Notes: a model not told the origin generated them from the sequence alone. Positions 8,459 through 17,521 are shown, counted from the first letter of the stretch. The stretch is 64,000 nucleotides of DNA from Candidatus Obscuribacteraceae bacterium (GCA_044229845.1 JBGASG010000007.1:1-64000); one strand, 5' to 3'. Numbers and translations are program-made.

Positions 8459-9781
8459 TTAAAGATTAGCGACGGCTAGCGCGATTCCTTTATATGCACG
8501 CTCGAGCTGCTCGTCGTCGATGCAGAACGGCGGCAGGAGGTAAATGGTGTTACCCAGAGGGCGAAGCAAAAGACCCATTTCAAGAAACTGCTGGCGCAGC
8601 CGCGGACCGACTTGATTGAAGTAGCCGGCCTGATTATCAGGCGTCACCAGGTCGAAAGCGGCGATAGTGCCGCAAAAACGAGGCTGCTGCAGGCGGCCGC
8701 CACTCTCGAACATCCCGGACAGATGCAGTTGGGCGAAATTGCGCTGTCGTCGTTCCATGTCCTGGAACCGCGCCTGTTCGCGTTGCAAAATTGCCAGCGA
8801 GGCGCAAGCTGCGGCGCAAGCAATTGGGTTGGCTGTGTAGGAGTGACTGTGGAAGAAGGCGCGTTCGAGATGGTCGCTTAAGAAACTATCGTAGATGCGG
8901 CGGCTGGCAACGGTCAGCGCCAGGGGAAGAAACCCGCCCGTGATGCCTTTCGACAGACAGATTATGTCTGGGCTGGTGCCTGACTTGCGGCAAGCAAACA
9001 ATTCGCCCGTGCGCCCGAACCCGGTCATCACTTCATCGAAGATGAGCAGGACGTCGTAGGCGCGAGCCGTCTTTTCGAGTTGTTGAAGAAACTGCGGACG
9101 GCACATGCGCATGCCTGCCGCTCCCTGAACCAGCGGCTCGATGCAAATGGCGGCATACGGGTGATCGTCGCCAGCTTTTTCTAAAAGGGTACGCAGCTGG
9201 TCCAGTGCGCGCGCTTCTTTTTCTTCGATGGACGTGTCGCCATCGAAGGTGTCGGGAAACTCCACCAGATCAATTTCGAACATGGCCGGCCGGTAGGCCT
9301 GCCAGAACGGCGACGAGCCGCCGATCGACATGGCACCGGTGGTGTCACCGTGATAGCCGCCCTGAAATCCTATGAAACGTCGCCGTCCGATCTTGCCGAG
9401 ATTGTGGAAGTATTGCAGTGCCATCTTCAGAGCTACTTCCACAGAAGTGGAGCCGTTGTCCGAAAAGAAGGCACATGTCAGGTCGGGCGGCAAAAGTTCG
9501 ACCACCTGGCGAGCGACTTGTTGCGCTGGTTCGTGAGTGAAGCCGGCGAAAATCACTTGCTCCAGCTCGGCAGCCTGAGCGGCAATCGCCTGGGCAATCT
9601 CCGGGCGGGCATGCCCGTGCAGGGTCACCCACCAGCTGGAAATCAGGTCGAGCAGCTGCCGCCCATCGGCAAGCTCCAGCTCACACCCGCTGGCTCGCAC
9701 CACCTTTAGTGGCGTCGGGGCCGTTTGCATTTGTGTGAACGGATGCCAGATGATCGCTTCCGTCTGCAATGTCGATGGCAT
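8459..9781 (-). CDS. bioA: Adenosylmethionine-8-amino-7-oxononanoate transaminase
   Basis: IWHPFTQM, DLISSWWVTLHGH, DNGSTSVEVALKMA, YHGDT, FDEVMTGFGRTG, PLP-lysine motif CLSKGITGG; AAGGAG RBS. Confidence 0.96.
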   Translation of the reverse strand: MPSTLQTEAIIWHPFTQMQTAPTPLKVVRASGCELELADGRQLLDLISSWWVTLHGHARPEIAQAIAAQAAELEQVIFAGFTHEPAQQVARQVVELLPPDLTCAFFSDNGSTSVEVALKMALQYFHNLGKIGRRRFIGFQGGYHGDTTGAMSIGGSSPFWQAYRPAMFEIDLVEFPDTFDGDTSIEEKEARALDQLRTLLEKAGDDHPYAAICIEPLVQGAAGMRMCRPQFLQQLEKTARAYDVLLIFDEVMTGFGRTGELFACRKSGTSPDIICLSKGITGGFLPLALTVASRRIYDSFLSDHLERAFFHSHSYTANPIACAAACASLAILQREQARFQDMERRQRNFAQLHLSGMFESGGRLQQPRFCGTIAAFDLVTPDNQAGYFNQVGPRLRQQFLEMGLLLRPLGNTIYLLPPFCIDDEQLERAYKGIALAVANL

Positions 9782-10448
9782 TGCGAAACTCCTTTTCGAA
9801 AACTGCTTTCAATGAATCCGGGGTGATGTCGCTTACCGTCTCGACCTGGGCAATCACGCGCGCGTTGCCGAAGTGCTCGATGGCTTTTTTGTTGCTCTCG
9901 TTTTTCGGTCCGTTCATCACGATGCCCAGAAGAGGGATGTGATGCGTCCGCAACTGCTCGATCGACAGAAGCGTGTGATTGATAGTGCCCAGCCCCGACC
10001 GACATACCAGCAATACCGGCAGATGGAACTGATCTATCAAGTCGATGACCAGCGTCTGCTCGGTGAGCGGTACCATCAGCCCGCCGGCGCCTTCGACGAT
10101 CATGCGCGGGCGGGTGTTGACGCCGAAGTGCGTTTCTTGCAGTTGCTTTCTGTGATCGCTGAAGTCTTGACGAAGCCTGGCGGTTTCAATCGTGACGCCA
10201 TCGATAGCGGCGGCGGCGTGCGGCGACAGAGGCTGGCTGAAAACGTAGCTTTCCGGAAAGAATGCTTCCGGGGGCAGCGCCGTCTTCTCCTTGATCCAGT
10301 CTCTGTCGGTTTGCGGATCGCGCCCGCTTTGCACGGGTTTCCAGTACGCCGCTTGCAACCCCATCATCAGGACAGCCGATATGAATGTCTTGCCCACATC
10401 GGTATCGGTGCCGGTGACGAAAAACACGTCGGGCAAGGGTGTCGTCAT
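9681..10448 (-). CDS. bioD: Dethiobiotin synthase
   Basis: FVTGTDTDVGKT P-loop, YWKPVQSG, SPHAAA, VEGAGG, LGTINHTLL. Confidence 0.95.
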   Translation of the reverse strand: MTTPLPDVFFVTGTDTDVGKTFISAVLMMGLQAAYWKPVQSGRDPQTDRDWIKEKTALPPEAFFPESYVFSQPLSPHAAAAIDGVTIETARLRQDFSDHRKQLQETHFGVNTRPRMIVEGAGGLMVPLTEQTLVIDLIDQFHLPVLLVCRSGLGTINHTLLSIEQLRTHHIPLLGIVMNGPKNESNKKAIEHFGNARVIAQVETVSDITPDSLKAVFEKEFRNAIDIADGSDHLASVHTNANGPDATKGGASQRV

Positions 10449-11245
10449 TGCAGGCTGGACCGGGAGATTTCACCGAAGAGCACTTTGTATGTCACAGTCA
10501 TGCCTTCCGGATTTTTCTCGGTTGAGTAATCAAGCAGCCGCTTCATGGCGGAGGTGGAAAGCTGAGTTTCGGTGAGGGTCGTCGATGCGCCCAGCGCTTT
10601 AATGCCGCGGAAGAAAGCCAGCGCCGAAGGATAAGTGAATGTGTAAAGCTCACTGCTCATGTCGATGGTGCAACCGTGACGCGTTGCCACATATTCATAT
10701 AGATCGGCATCAGGCAGCGGATTGCCGGTAAAAGGAATGCCGGTCTCGGCGCACAAAGTTTGCCACTCAGGAAAAGATCCTGCCGCCGGAACCGAGAAAA
10801 GTAGCTTGCCGCCCGGCTTCAGTGAGAGCAACAGGTGACCGAGGGCGCTGCGAATGTCCGACATCCACTGGAAAGTGAAGGCGGAGACGATCAATGAAAA
10901 TGTTTGCCAGCCTTCGAAGTGATTGGCATCGATGCGAGCGAAACGCACTTTGTTGGCTTTCTGCCCGAGGCAAAACTCGACGCGACGCTGGCAGATTTCC
11001 AGCATTTCAGGAGTGATGTCGCTGACGATGATGTCGTGCGATGCACCGCATGTTTCCACCAGGGGAACAGTCATGAAACCAGTTCCACAACCTATTTCCA
11101 GGACTGGTCCCGTGGGTAGTGTGCCGTCCAGGCGGTGGAGGCGTTCGGACAGTTTGTTGGCGGCAACTAGTTGTAGTTGCGCGTGGTCGTCGTAGCTGAG
11201 AGCTTTTCTTGAGAAGTTGGCAATGATCTGTTCAACTGTTTTCAT
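10445..11245 (-). CDS. bioC: Malonyl-ACP O-methyltransferase (BioC-like)
   Basis: FSRKALSYDDHAQLQ, SAM motif LEIGCGTG, FQW, GSFPEW; position in the bio operon; ATGA overlap with bioD. Confidence 0.88.
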   Translation of the reverse strand: MKTVEQIIANFSRKALSYDDHAQLQLVAANKLSERLHRLDGTLPTGPVLEIGCGTGFMTVPLVETCGASHDIIVSDITPEMLEICQRRVEFCLGQKANKVRFARIDANHFEGWQTFSLIVSAFTFQWMSDIRSALGHLLLSLKPGGKLLFSVPAAGSFPEWQTLCAETGIPFTGNPLPDADLYEYVATRHGCTIDMSSELYTFTYPSALAFFRGIKALGASTTLTETQLSTSAMKRLLDYSTEKNPEGMTVTYKVLFGEISRSSLQ

Positions 11246-11297
11246 GTTTTACAAGACCCTCCGGTATGTTATCGACTCGAACTGAACTGGACTCTCG

Positions 11298-12095
11298 TTA
11301 TTGAACTGCGGCATGCCCAGTTGCCTGGGGAGCAGCATGTCCTGTGGACTGTGGCGCAGCATACGCTGCAGTCTGGCGTGCCGCCTGCTTGATTGCCTGG
11401 CGCAGAGCCAGGTGACAGGCCAGCGGATTAGTGAAGGGCAAGGCGTGCCCCTGACCTTCGATGAACAAGAGTTCGCTTTGCGGCAGTTGTGCGTGGAGCA
11501 ACTGCGCATGCTGATGATTGACAATGCCGTCACGTGTGCCGTGCATCAGCAAGATATTGGGGATGTGTGCCAGTCCGGCGAGATTGACGTGGCTTTCGTT
11601 GAGGTGCATCAAATCAGAGCGGAGCGCCCCAGCGTTCAAGTCCGATTCATCCAGCGCCGTCTTCAGCAACATGCCTGACGGTGCCGGGTCGAAGGCGTTG
11701 TGCAGGAAGTCGCGCACCACATTTAGTGGCTGGCGTTCCAGTTTTGTGAGCATGCGCGAGACGAGCGCGCGGGTCCGCCGACCTTCGACAAGATGGAAGT
11801 TAGCGAAGGAAGAAACCGCTACGAGCAGCCGGCAGTCATGCAAAACGTCCGCCGGCAGCAGGTGCAAACCGAGCGAATGTGCGATCACGACCTTTAGATT
11901 ACCCGGCGAGCCGCAGGCGACCGATCTCGTGGCAGGCTGGACCCCGAAATATCCGCGGTCGGGACAGGCGGCATCGACTGAGATGCCGGTGGAGACTGCA
12001 AAGTCTGCCAGGTAATTCGCCCAGGACTGCGCCGAGAAACCCCAGCCGTGCTGCGCAAATATGTCAATTCGTTGGTTCACTGGGTTTGTTTCCAT
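11298..12095 (-). CDS. bioH: Alpha/beta hydrolase, probable pimeloyl-ACP methyl ester esterase (BioH-like)
   Basis: HGWG oxyanion motif, AHSLG nucleophile, HGTRD and GHALP; lies between bioF and bioC. Confidence 0.75.
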   Translation of the reverse strand: METNPVNQRIDIFAQHGWGFSAQSWANYLADFAVSTGISVDAACPDRGYFGVQPATRSVACGSPGNLKVVIAHSLGLHLLPADVLHDCRLLVAVSSFANFHLVEGRRTRALVSRMLTKLERQPLNVVRDFLHNAFDPAPSGMLLKTALDESDLNAGALRSDLMHLNESHVNLAGLAHIPNILLMHGTRDGIVNHQHAQLLHAQLPQSELLFIEGQGHALPFTNPLACHLALRQAIKQAARQTAAYAAPQSTGHAAPQATGHAAVQ

Positions 12096-13294
12096 TTCAA
12101 GAGTGCCGCTACCAATGCTTCGACCTGTGCCTCCGAGTGTTGGGCGGACAGCGAAACTCGCACGCGCGATGCGCCGGCGGCTACTGTTGGTGGGCGAATC
12201 GCCGGTGCATAAAATCCTTGCTCTTCCAGGTATTCAGCGAGCTCTCTGGCTTTTGTTTCGGAACCCACTACCAGAGGCACAATCTGGCTTTGCGAGCCGG
12301 CGGTGTCGAACTCGAGCCGCGCAGCCTCGTCACGAAGAAACTGCGAAAGCTTCCTCAGCTTATGACGCTCGCTTTCCATGCCGGGAACTAAATCGAGGGC
12401 AGCATCAATTGCGCCAAGCACGGATGGCGGCAAAGCGGTGCTGTAGATCAGTCCGGAGCAGAAGTTGATCAAGTAGTCCTTCATAACCTGCGAACAGGCG
12501 ACGTACGCACCGAACACACCAAATCCTTTTCCGAAAGTGCCCATGCTCAAATCGACGGCGTCGACACCGGCGGCAAGTCCCATGCCGTTCTTGCCGGCAA
12601 CGCCGGTGGCGTGCGCTTCATCTATATAGATCTGCGATTGGGTGGCGGCAGCCGTGGCGCACAAACCCTCGACGTCGACGCAGTCGCCGTCCATACTGAA
12701 AATCGATTCGGTGACAATCCAGCGCCACGGTTTGCTCTCCCACTCAGGGCGCTGGAATCGCGCGGTCAGATCGGAGAGATCGTTGTGTTGATAACGAAAC
12801 CAGCGTGCACCGCTCAACTGCATGCCTTCGAGCAAACTGCGGTGGTTGAGCCGGTCGGCAGCGAGCACCGAATCTTTTCCGGCGAGCGCAGCAATCAAAG
12901 TGACATTGGCCTGAAAACCGGAGGCAAAAAGAAGCGCGGCCTCTTTTCCCTTCAGCCGCGCTAGCTTAGTTTCAATCTCTTGATAGCAATCGAGGTTGCC
13001 GGACAAAAGCCTCGAAGCCGGCGCACCAACGCCGTACTTCTCCACATATTCGATAGCCCGCTCCTTGAGAAATGGGTGCTGCGACAGCCCCAGGTAGTCA
13101 TTGGAGGCGAAGTTGATCAGGTGCCGATCATCGATGGCGATCTCGACAGGTCCAACGGGTCGACAAGACCTCAACCGGCGGAGCTGTTCGTCTTGCTCGC
13201 GTTGAAGAAGCGCCGCCTGATAAGGCTGCGGGTTGCTGCGGAGAAGCACTGGATTTTTCATTGGTACATATATGTTATTCGATACCGGAATCAC
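12077..13294 (-). CDS. bioF: 8-amino-7-oxononanoate synthase (start may be the ATG at 13261)
   Basis: NFASNDYLGL, ASRLLSG, SGFQAN, DRLNHRS, TESIFSMDGD, DEAH, GTFGKGFG, AIRPPTV. Confidence 0.96.
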   Translation of the reverse strand: MIPVSNNIYVPMKNPVLLRSNPQPYQAALLQREQDEQLRRLRSCRPVGPVEIAIDDRHLINFASNDYLGLSQHPFLKERAIEYVEKYGVGAPASRLLSGNLDCYQEIETKLARLKGKEAALLFASGFQANVTLIAALAGKDSVLAADRLNHRSLLEGMQLSGARWFRYQHNDLSDLTARFQRPEWESKPWRWIVTESIFSMDGDCVDVEGLCATAAATQSQIYIDEAHATGVAGKNGMGLAAGVDAVDLSMGTFGKGFGVFGAYVACSQVMKDYLINFCSGLIYSTALPPSVLGAIDAALDLVPGMESERHKLRKLSQFLRDEAARLEFDTAGSQSQIVPLVVGSETKARELAEYLEEQGFYAPAIRPPTVAAGASRVRVSLSAQHSEAQVEALVAALLKWKQTQ

Positions 13295-13374
13295 CGTCTT
13301 TCGATATTATTAATGTTTTGCCGGATGTAATGAGCCGACAGGACTCGATGTCATGCTGATCGCGACTGTGGTTC

Positions 13375-13390
13375 GCACCATATATGGTGC
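13375..13390. promoter_or_regulatory. Perfect 16-bp palindrome GCACCATATATGGTGC upstream of bioF, candidate operator
   Basis: Self-complementary; intergenic; its core CATATATG recurs at 13267-13274. Confidence 0.4.
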
Positions 13391-13405
13391 CCCACTCATG
13401 ACTGG

Positions 13406-14419
13406 CTACGCGGATGGCTCATCGGAGGCGGCTGCCGCATCGCCGGCGGCGATGACGACTGCGGGCAGGCGAAACCAGAACGCAACGCCGTCGCTTTTCT
13501 TGCTGGTGGCGCCGATGCGACCGCCGTGAGCTTCGATGGCAGCTTTGCAGAGTGCCAGTGCCAGTTCTTCCGCACCTTTTCCTGAGGCGCCGGACGGCCA
13601 GTCGAAGAGTTGGTCAAATCGGTCGAACCGGTCGAGCTGATCGGGTGTGCCGCCGGGTGCGTTGAGCAGGGCAGCGGCAGGCGCTGCCAGTTGAAACTCG
13701 ACGACATCTTTTTGATCGCGCGCGCTGATTTCAATGGTGTCGCCTGACTTGCTCCGCTGAATGAGATTGGAAAGGAGAGTGACCATCACTTGAGTCAGTG
13801 TGGTTTGGTCGCCCAACACCTTTACTAACGATGCGCCGGAGGCGACAGGCGACAACGTTATGTTTTTTTGCAGCGTCAGGTATTTGCCGGCAGCAACTGC
13901 GTCGTCCAATAAGCTCGCGACGGGTATCTCTTGCAGTGTGCGGATGAGGTTTCCATCGGCTTCGATGCGTTGCCATTCAAGGAGATCTTTTGTGGAGAGA
14001 CTGAGGCGCGTCATGTTTCTTTCAGCTGATTGCACTTCCTTGGCGACGCCCGCTGGCAGCTTGCCAAGCTTGCCGTCAGCGATTGTCGCCAGCGAAACGC
14101 CGACGGCGGTGAAGCCGTCATTCATTTCCTGACGCATTGCGGAAATCATCTTCAAGTTGCGCTGCTGTAATTCAAATACGTTGCGTTCGGCGTGTTCAAT
14201 TTCAGTTTGCAACGATCTGATTTGATCGGACAGTCGCTTGGCCAGTGCCAGCGAAAGGAGACAAAACGTCGCGCCGCCGGCTGCGCAGCCGGCAAAAAGC
14301 ATTTGCACGTCGGTGGTGAAAAAATAGATGCCGACGAAAAGCGCTTCCACTGCAATCGGTGCGGCGATCAGCCAGACAGCCTCTTTGCGAATTTTTTCTG
14401 CGTGACTCTTCAGCCCCAT
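13406..14419 (-). CDS. Membrane-bound degenerate histidine-kinase-like protein (pseudokinase)
   Basis: Two N-terminal TM segments and a HisKA/HATPase layout (RLSLSTKDLLE, LTQVMVTLLSNL, LALCKAAIEAHGGRIG), but the H-box reads MRQEMNDGF and the G1/G2 boxes are eroded. Confidence 0.75.
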   Translation of the reverse strand: MGLKSHAEKIRKEAVWLIAAPIAVEALFVGIYFFTTDVQMLFAGCAAGGATFCLLSLALAKRLSDQIRSLQTEIEHAERNVFELQQRNLKMISAMRQEMNDGFTAVGVSLATIADGKLGKLPAGVAKEVQSAERNMTRLSLSTKDLLEWQRIEADGNLIRTLQEIPVASLLDDAVAAGKYLTLQKNITLSPVASGASLVKVLGDQTTLTQVMVTLLSNLIQRSKSGDTIEISARDQKDVVEFQLAAPAAALLNAPGGTPDQLDRFDRFDQLFDWPSGASGKGAEELALALCKAAIEAHGGRIGATSKKSDGVAFWFRLPAVVIAAGDAAAASDEPSA

Positions 14420-15354
14420 TGCTTCAGGCGTTGTTTGATGAGTTCGATAGTCGAAGGCGCATAAAGATGGAAGACATGAACCGGCACTTTACTGCTGGCC
14501 GCTAGTTTCTTCACCTTCTCTTCGCTGGGTCCATCGCAAATGATTGCCTTGGCGTACTTGATCATGTAAGTCAGTTCTGACTCTTCATCTAGAAGCACGG
14601 TGCGCACCGCCACCTCTTCTCCGCGCACCGCCGCCGACATGTTGGTTGCCATCTTCAACAAAGTCGGACTGACAGAGACCAGGAGAATGATGCTGCCTGC
14701 GGGCAGATTGGCCACGACTTCCAGTTCGTTGCGTGCCGGTTCGATGTTGCAAACGACAAAGCGAGTCGGATCTATGTTCAGACGCTGCAAAGGAAAGACG
14801 TGATAGAGGCTGGAGAGCAAAAGCGAGTCTTCGAGCAGATGCAAATCTTTGGTCAGGTCCTCCGCCGTCAGCGGCTGCACCGGCAGTGAGAAGTGCGGCT
14901 GCAATTCGGCCAGCAAAAGCTTGTGAAAGTCGCGGTTGCGGTCGACAACCAGAATGCGGTTCACCGGCTTTCGACCTTTTTTCATCGTATCGAAGCAACG
15001 TTCTATGTCGGCGAAGGAGTAGCCGTTGTCGGCGGCGCGCGCCAGGAATGTCTTGAAAAGCTGTCCTAACTCGCGCTCGCTGTCGGTATCACGCGCGGTG
15101 ACTTTGCTGGCGACACGAACGCCGCTGCCCTGGCGCACCTCGAGAAGTCCGACTTCGGCGAGGTGGTTGTAGGCGGCGGTGACCGTGCTGTGGTGAATAC
15201 CCAGTCGTTGAGCGAGCGCGCGAATCGAAGGCAATTTTTCTTTGCCCTTCAACGCTCCCGATGCAATCTGCAAACCAATCTGCTCGATCAACTGGTCGCG
15301 CACAGAAATAGAGCTGTCCTTGTTGATCGAGAACTTGACGGCAGCAGACAACAT
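14410..15354 (-). CDS. GntR-family regulator, PlmA-like
   Basis: GntR wHTH (KLPSIRALAQRLGIHHSTVTAAYNHLAEVGLLEVRQGSG) plus a ~200-aa C-terminus with PlmA-like motifs (LPVQ, LPAGSIILLVSVS, VRGEEV, AKAIICD, STIELIKQRL). Confidence 0.8.
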   Translation of the reverse strand: MLSAAVKFSINKDSSISVRDQLIEQIGLQIASGALKGKEKLPSIRALAQRLGIHHSTVTAAYNHLAEVGLLEVRQGSGVRVASKVTARDTDSERELGQLFKTFLARAADNGYSFADIERCFDTMKKGRKPVNRILVVDRNRDFHKLLLAELQPHFSLPVQPLTAEDLTKDLHLLEDSLLLSSLYHVFPLQRLNIDPTRFVVCNIEPARNELEVVANLPAGSIILLVSVSPTLLKMATNMSAAVRGEEVAVRTVLLDEESELTYMIKYAKAIICDGPSEEKVKKLAASSKVPVHVFHLYAPSTIELIKQRLKQWG

Positions 15355-15374
15355 GGCAGTTTATTTGAGTGACG

Positions 15375-17216
15375 TTAGCCGGGCAGGGCTCCGTTTGTTT
15401 CCAGTAGATCGTCCATGGCTGCGGCTTGGTCGCCGCCCTGCCAGACAACATCCATGTACATGTCGAGCAGTTGCGTGGTGGTGAGAACGCATACGTTCTT
15501 GCGAGCCACATACTGGACGTAGTCAGCCGGCAGATCCGGTCTGTCTTCCGGAGGCAGCTCAGGCGACATGCCAATCACCATAATGCCTTTCGGCTCTACT
15601 TTGTGCTTGGACCAGTAGGCGGTTTGATCGGAGAGCAACTGAGCCAGTTCGTTTGGATCGGGTTCACCGGACGTGCTGATGATGCGGGCGATTGCCGCTC
15701 CGGCGCCGCCTTTTTTCAAGACCAGCTGTTGCGTGGTGCTGGAGGCACGATCGACTTCCCAGCCGAGATGCTCGAAGACTACGCTGCAAGTTTTGGAGAG
15801 GTCGTCGCCGGCGGAAGCCAGCAAGTAGTTTTTGATGCCCTCGACGGCGGCCAGTTTTTCTTCCAGGTCAGCCAGTTCGGCTTGCATGGTGCGAATCTGC
15901 TCGCGCAGCTTTTCGCCTTTGGCTTTGGCGTCATCGACAAAAGGCAGAGGATATTCTTTCGCCCAGGCCGGCCAGTCTTGAACGGCGGTGGCTGTTCTTC
16001 TTGATGAATTGCGAGGATCTTGAGTCATCGGTTGCTCCTGGGGCTGTGAGGCAGTGGCTGGTTCCGGTTCTTGGCTGGTGGTGCCTGGTGGTCCCAGGTC
16101 TGGCGGCGGTGCGGCTGAGAATTCGTCCGAGTCTTCCTTGAAGCCGTCGTGCTCAGAGGTCAGGGACGGCGCCGGTTCCGGCGGCAGCGGCTCTGGCTCT
16201 GGAGCCACAGGTTCGGGCTCCGGCGGTGCAGGTTCGGGCTCGTCGGGAGGCGGCGGCTCTGGTGGAGCCTCCGGTTCTGGTGGAGGAGCGGGCTCAGCTT
16301 TCGGGGCTTCCGCTGGAGCGTCTGGTTTAGCTAGTTTGCCCATGGGGGCGGCAGGTTCTTCGGCTTTGGTGGTCTTGGGAGCACCACCGCCTGCGCCTGG
16401 GCCCGGCATGTTTTGAAAAATTGATCTGAAGCCCAGAGGCGGCGTGCCGCTGCCGGGCTTGTTGCCTGGCAAGGGTGGGCTCTGCGGTCCTCCAGCGGCT
16501 GGCACTGGAGTGGGGGGAGTCTGCTGGCCGGTAGGCGCACTGGCTTCCACGGTGGCTGCCGGTGCCGGCGGCACTGGTTGCTGCATCGGACGTTGAGGCA
16601 GCGGGGGAGCCGTAGGACCGGATGGACTGCCTGTGTCCGGAGCGCCTGGAGCGGCGGCTATTGCCGGCGCAGGCGTCGGCGTGGGAGCAGGTGTTGGAGC
16701 CGGCGGGACGCTGTCGGCCTGCGACGCCGCGGCATCGACCGGCTGGTCGGCGCCTTTGGCTTCGTCCGGCAGAGGTTGCCCATCAATAATGAAGCGGTAG
16801 CGGGACATGCCGGCGCTGACGATATCGCCGTTGACCAGCTTGCGAGGGGAGGTTACCGGACTTCCATTTAAGAAAGTGCCGTTGCGACTTCCGGCATCCT
16901 CGACAGAGTAATTTTCACCGTCAAACGTCAGTTGAAAGTGAAACCGGGAGAGAGACTTGTCGCCGCTCAAAACGATGTCGTTGGTGACATCTCGCCCAAT
17001 CCTGCAAAGTGGCGATTTAACGGCGAAAGCTCGGTTCGACACAATGTCGACGAGCGTGACGGGTGATTCTGATTCTTGTGGTTGAGACAACATTTCCATG
17101 CGATTTGAAGACAATAACGCGCTTACATCCAATCCAGTGACTGTACAAAACGGACACGTTAGGGACTGATAACTAAAGCCACATCGATCGCATTTTTTGC
17201 CGAGATTGCTGCTCAT
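15375..17216 (-). CDS. FHA-domain protein with N-terminal Zn ribbon, Pro-rich linker, coiled coil and C-terminal restriction-endonuclease-like fold
   Basis: CDRC...CPFC; FHA motifs IGR, SRFH, DAGSRNGTFLNG; long P/A/E linker; C-terminal VFEHLGW...KGIMVI...PPEDRP...LTTTQL. Confidence 0.85.
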   Translation of the reverse strand: MSSNLGKKCDRCGFSYQSLTCPFCTVTGLDVSALLSSNRMEMLSQPQESESPVTLVDIVSNRAFAVKSPLCRIGRDVTNDIVLSGDKSLSRFHFQLTFDGENYSVEDAGSRNGTFLNGSPVTSPRKLVNGDIVSAGMSRYRFIIDGQPLPDEAKGADQPVDAAASQADSVPPAPTPAPTPTPAPAIAAAPGAPDTGSPSGPTAPPLPQRPMQQPVPPAPAATVEASAPTGQQTPPTPVPAAGGPQSPPLPGNKPGSGTPPLGFRSIFQNMPGPGAGGGAPKTTKAEEPAAPMGKLAKPDAPAEAPKAEPAPPPEPEAPPEPPPPDEPEPAPPEPEPVAPEPEPLPPEPAPSLTSEHDGFKEDSDEFSAAPPPDLGPPGTTSQEPEPATASQPQEQPMTQDPRNSSRRTATAVQDWPAWAKEYPLPFVDDAKAKGEKLREQIRTMQAELADLEEKLAAVEGIKNYLLASAGDDLSKTCSVVFEHLGWEVDRASSTTQQLVLKKGGAGAAIARIISTSGEPDPNELAQLLSDQTAYWSKHKVEPKGIMVIGMSPELPPEDRPDLPADYVQYVARKNVCVLTTTQLLDMYMDVVWQGGDQAAAMDDLLETNGALPG

Positions 17217-17521
17217 TGCTATCCGTTAGTCCGATGAACCCAGCATTTTTCGCGGAATGTTCGCGAAAGCAAGGTTGGGTTCACGATTTCCGTTCCCGCG
17301 GACTTGGCGATATAAACGCCAAACCCCACCTAAGTAACTAATACCCCTTTCAAATTTATTTTGGCACCCATTATCGGTCGCTTGACGTGGCCAAAAATGT
17401 CATATTTGTTGTCAATAAAATTCTTTCGCCGCGTGTCGAAAAAAGCGTAGCAAGTCATATAGACATTCAGCAACGATAACCCCTGCTCATCCGAGCGAGT
17501 CAGGAAACACGTTGCACAGTC

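Noticed and set aside
9770..9810. Programmed frameshift producing a BioD-BioA fusion
   Set aside because: No convincing slippery heptamer, and bioA has its own well-spaced AAGGAG RBS.
16030..16760. Pro/Glu-rich low-complexity stretch as a DNA tandem repeat
   Set aside because: No regular nucleotide period; it simply encodes the FHA protein's linker.
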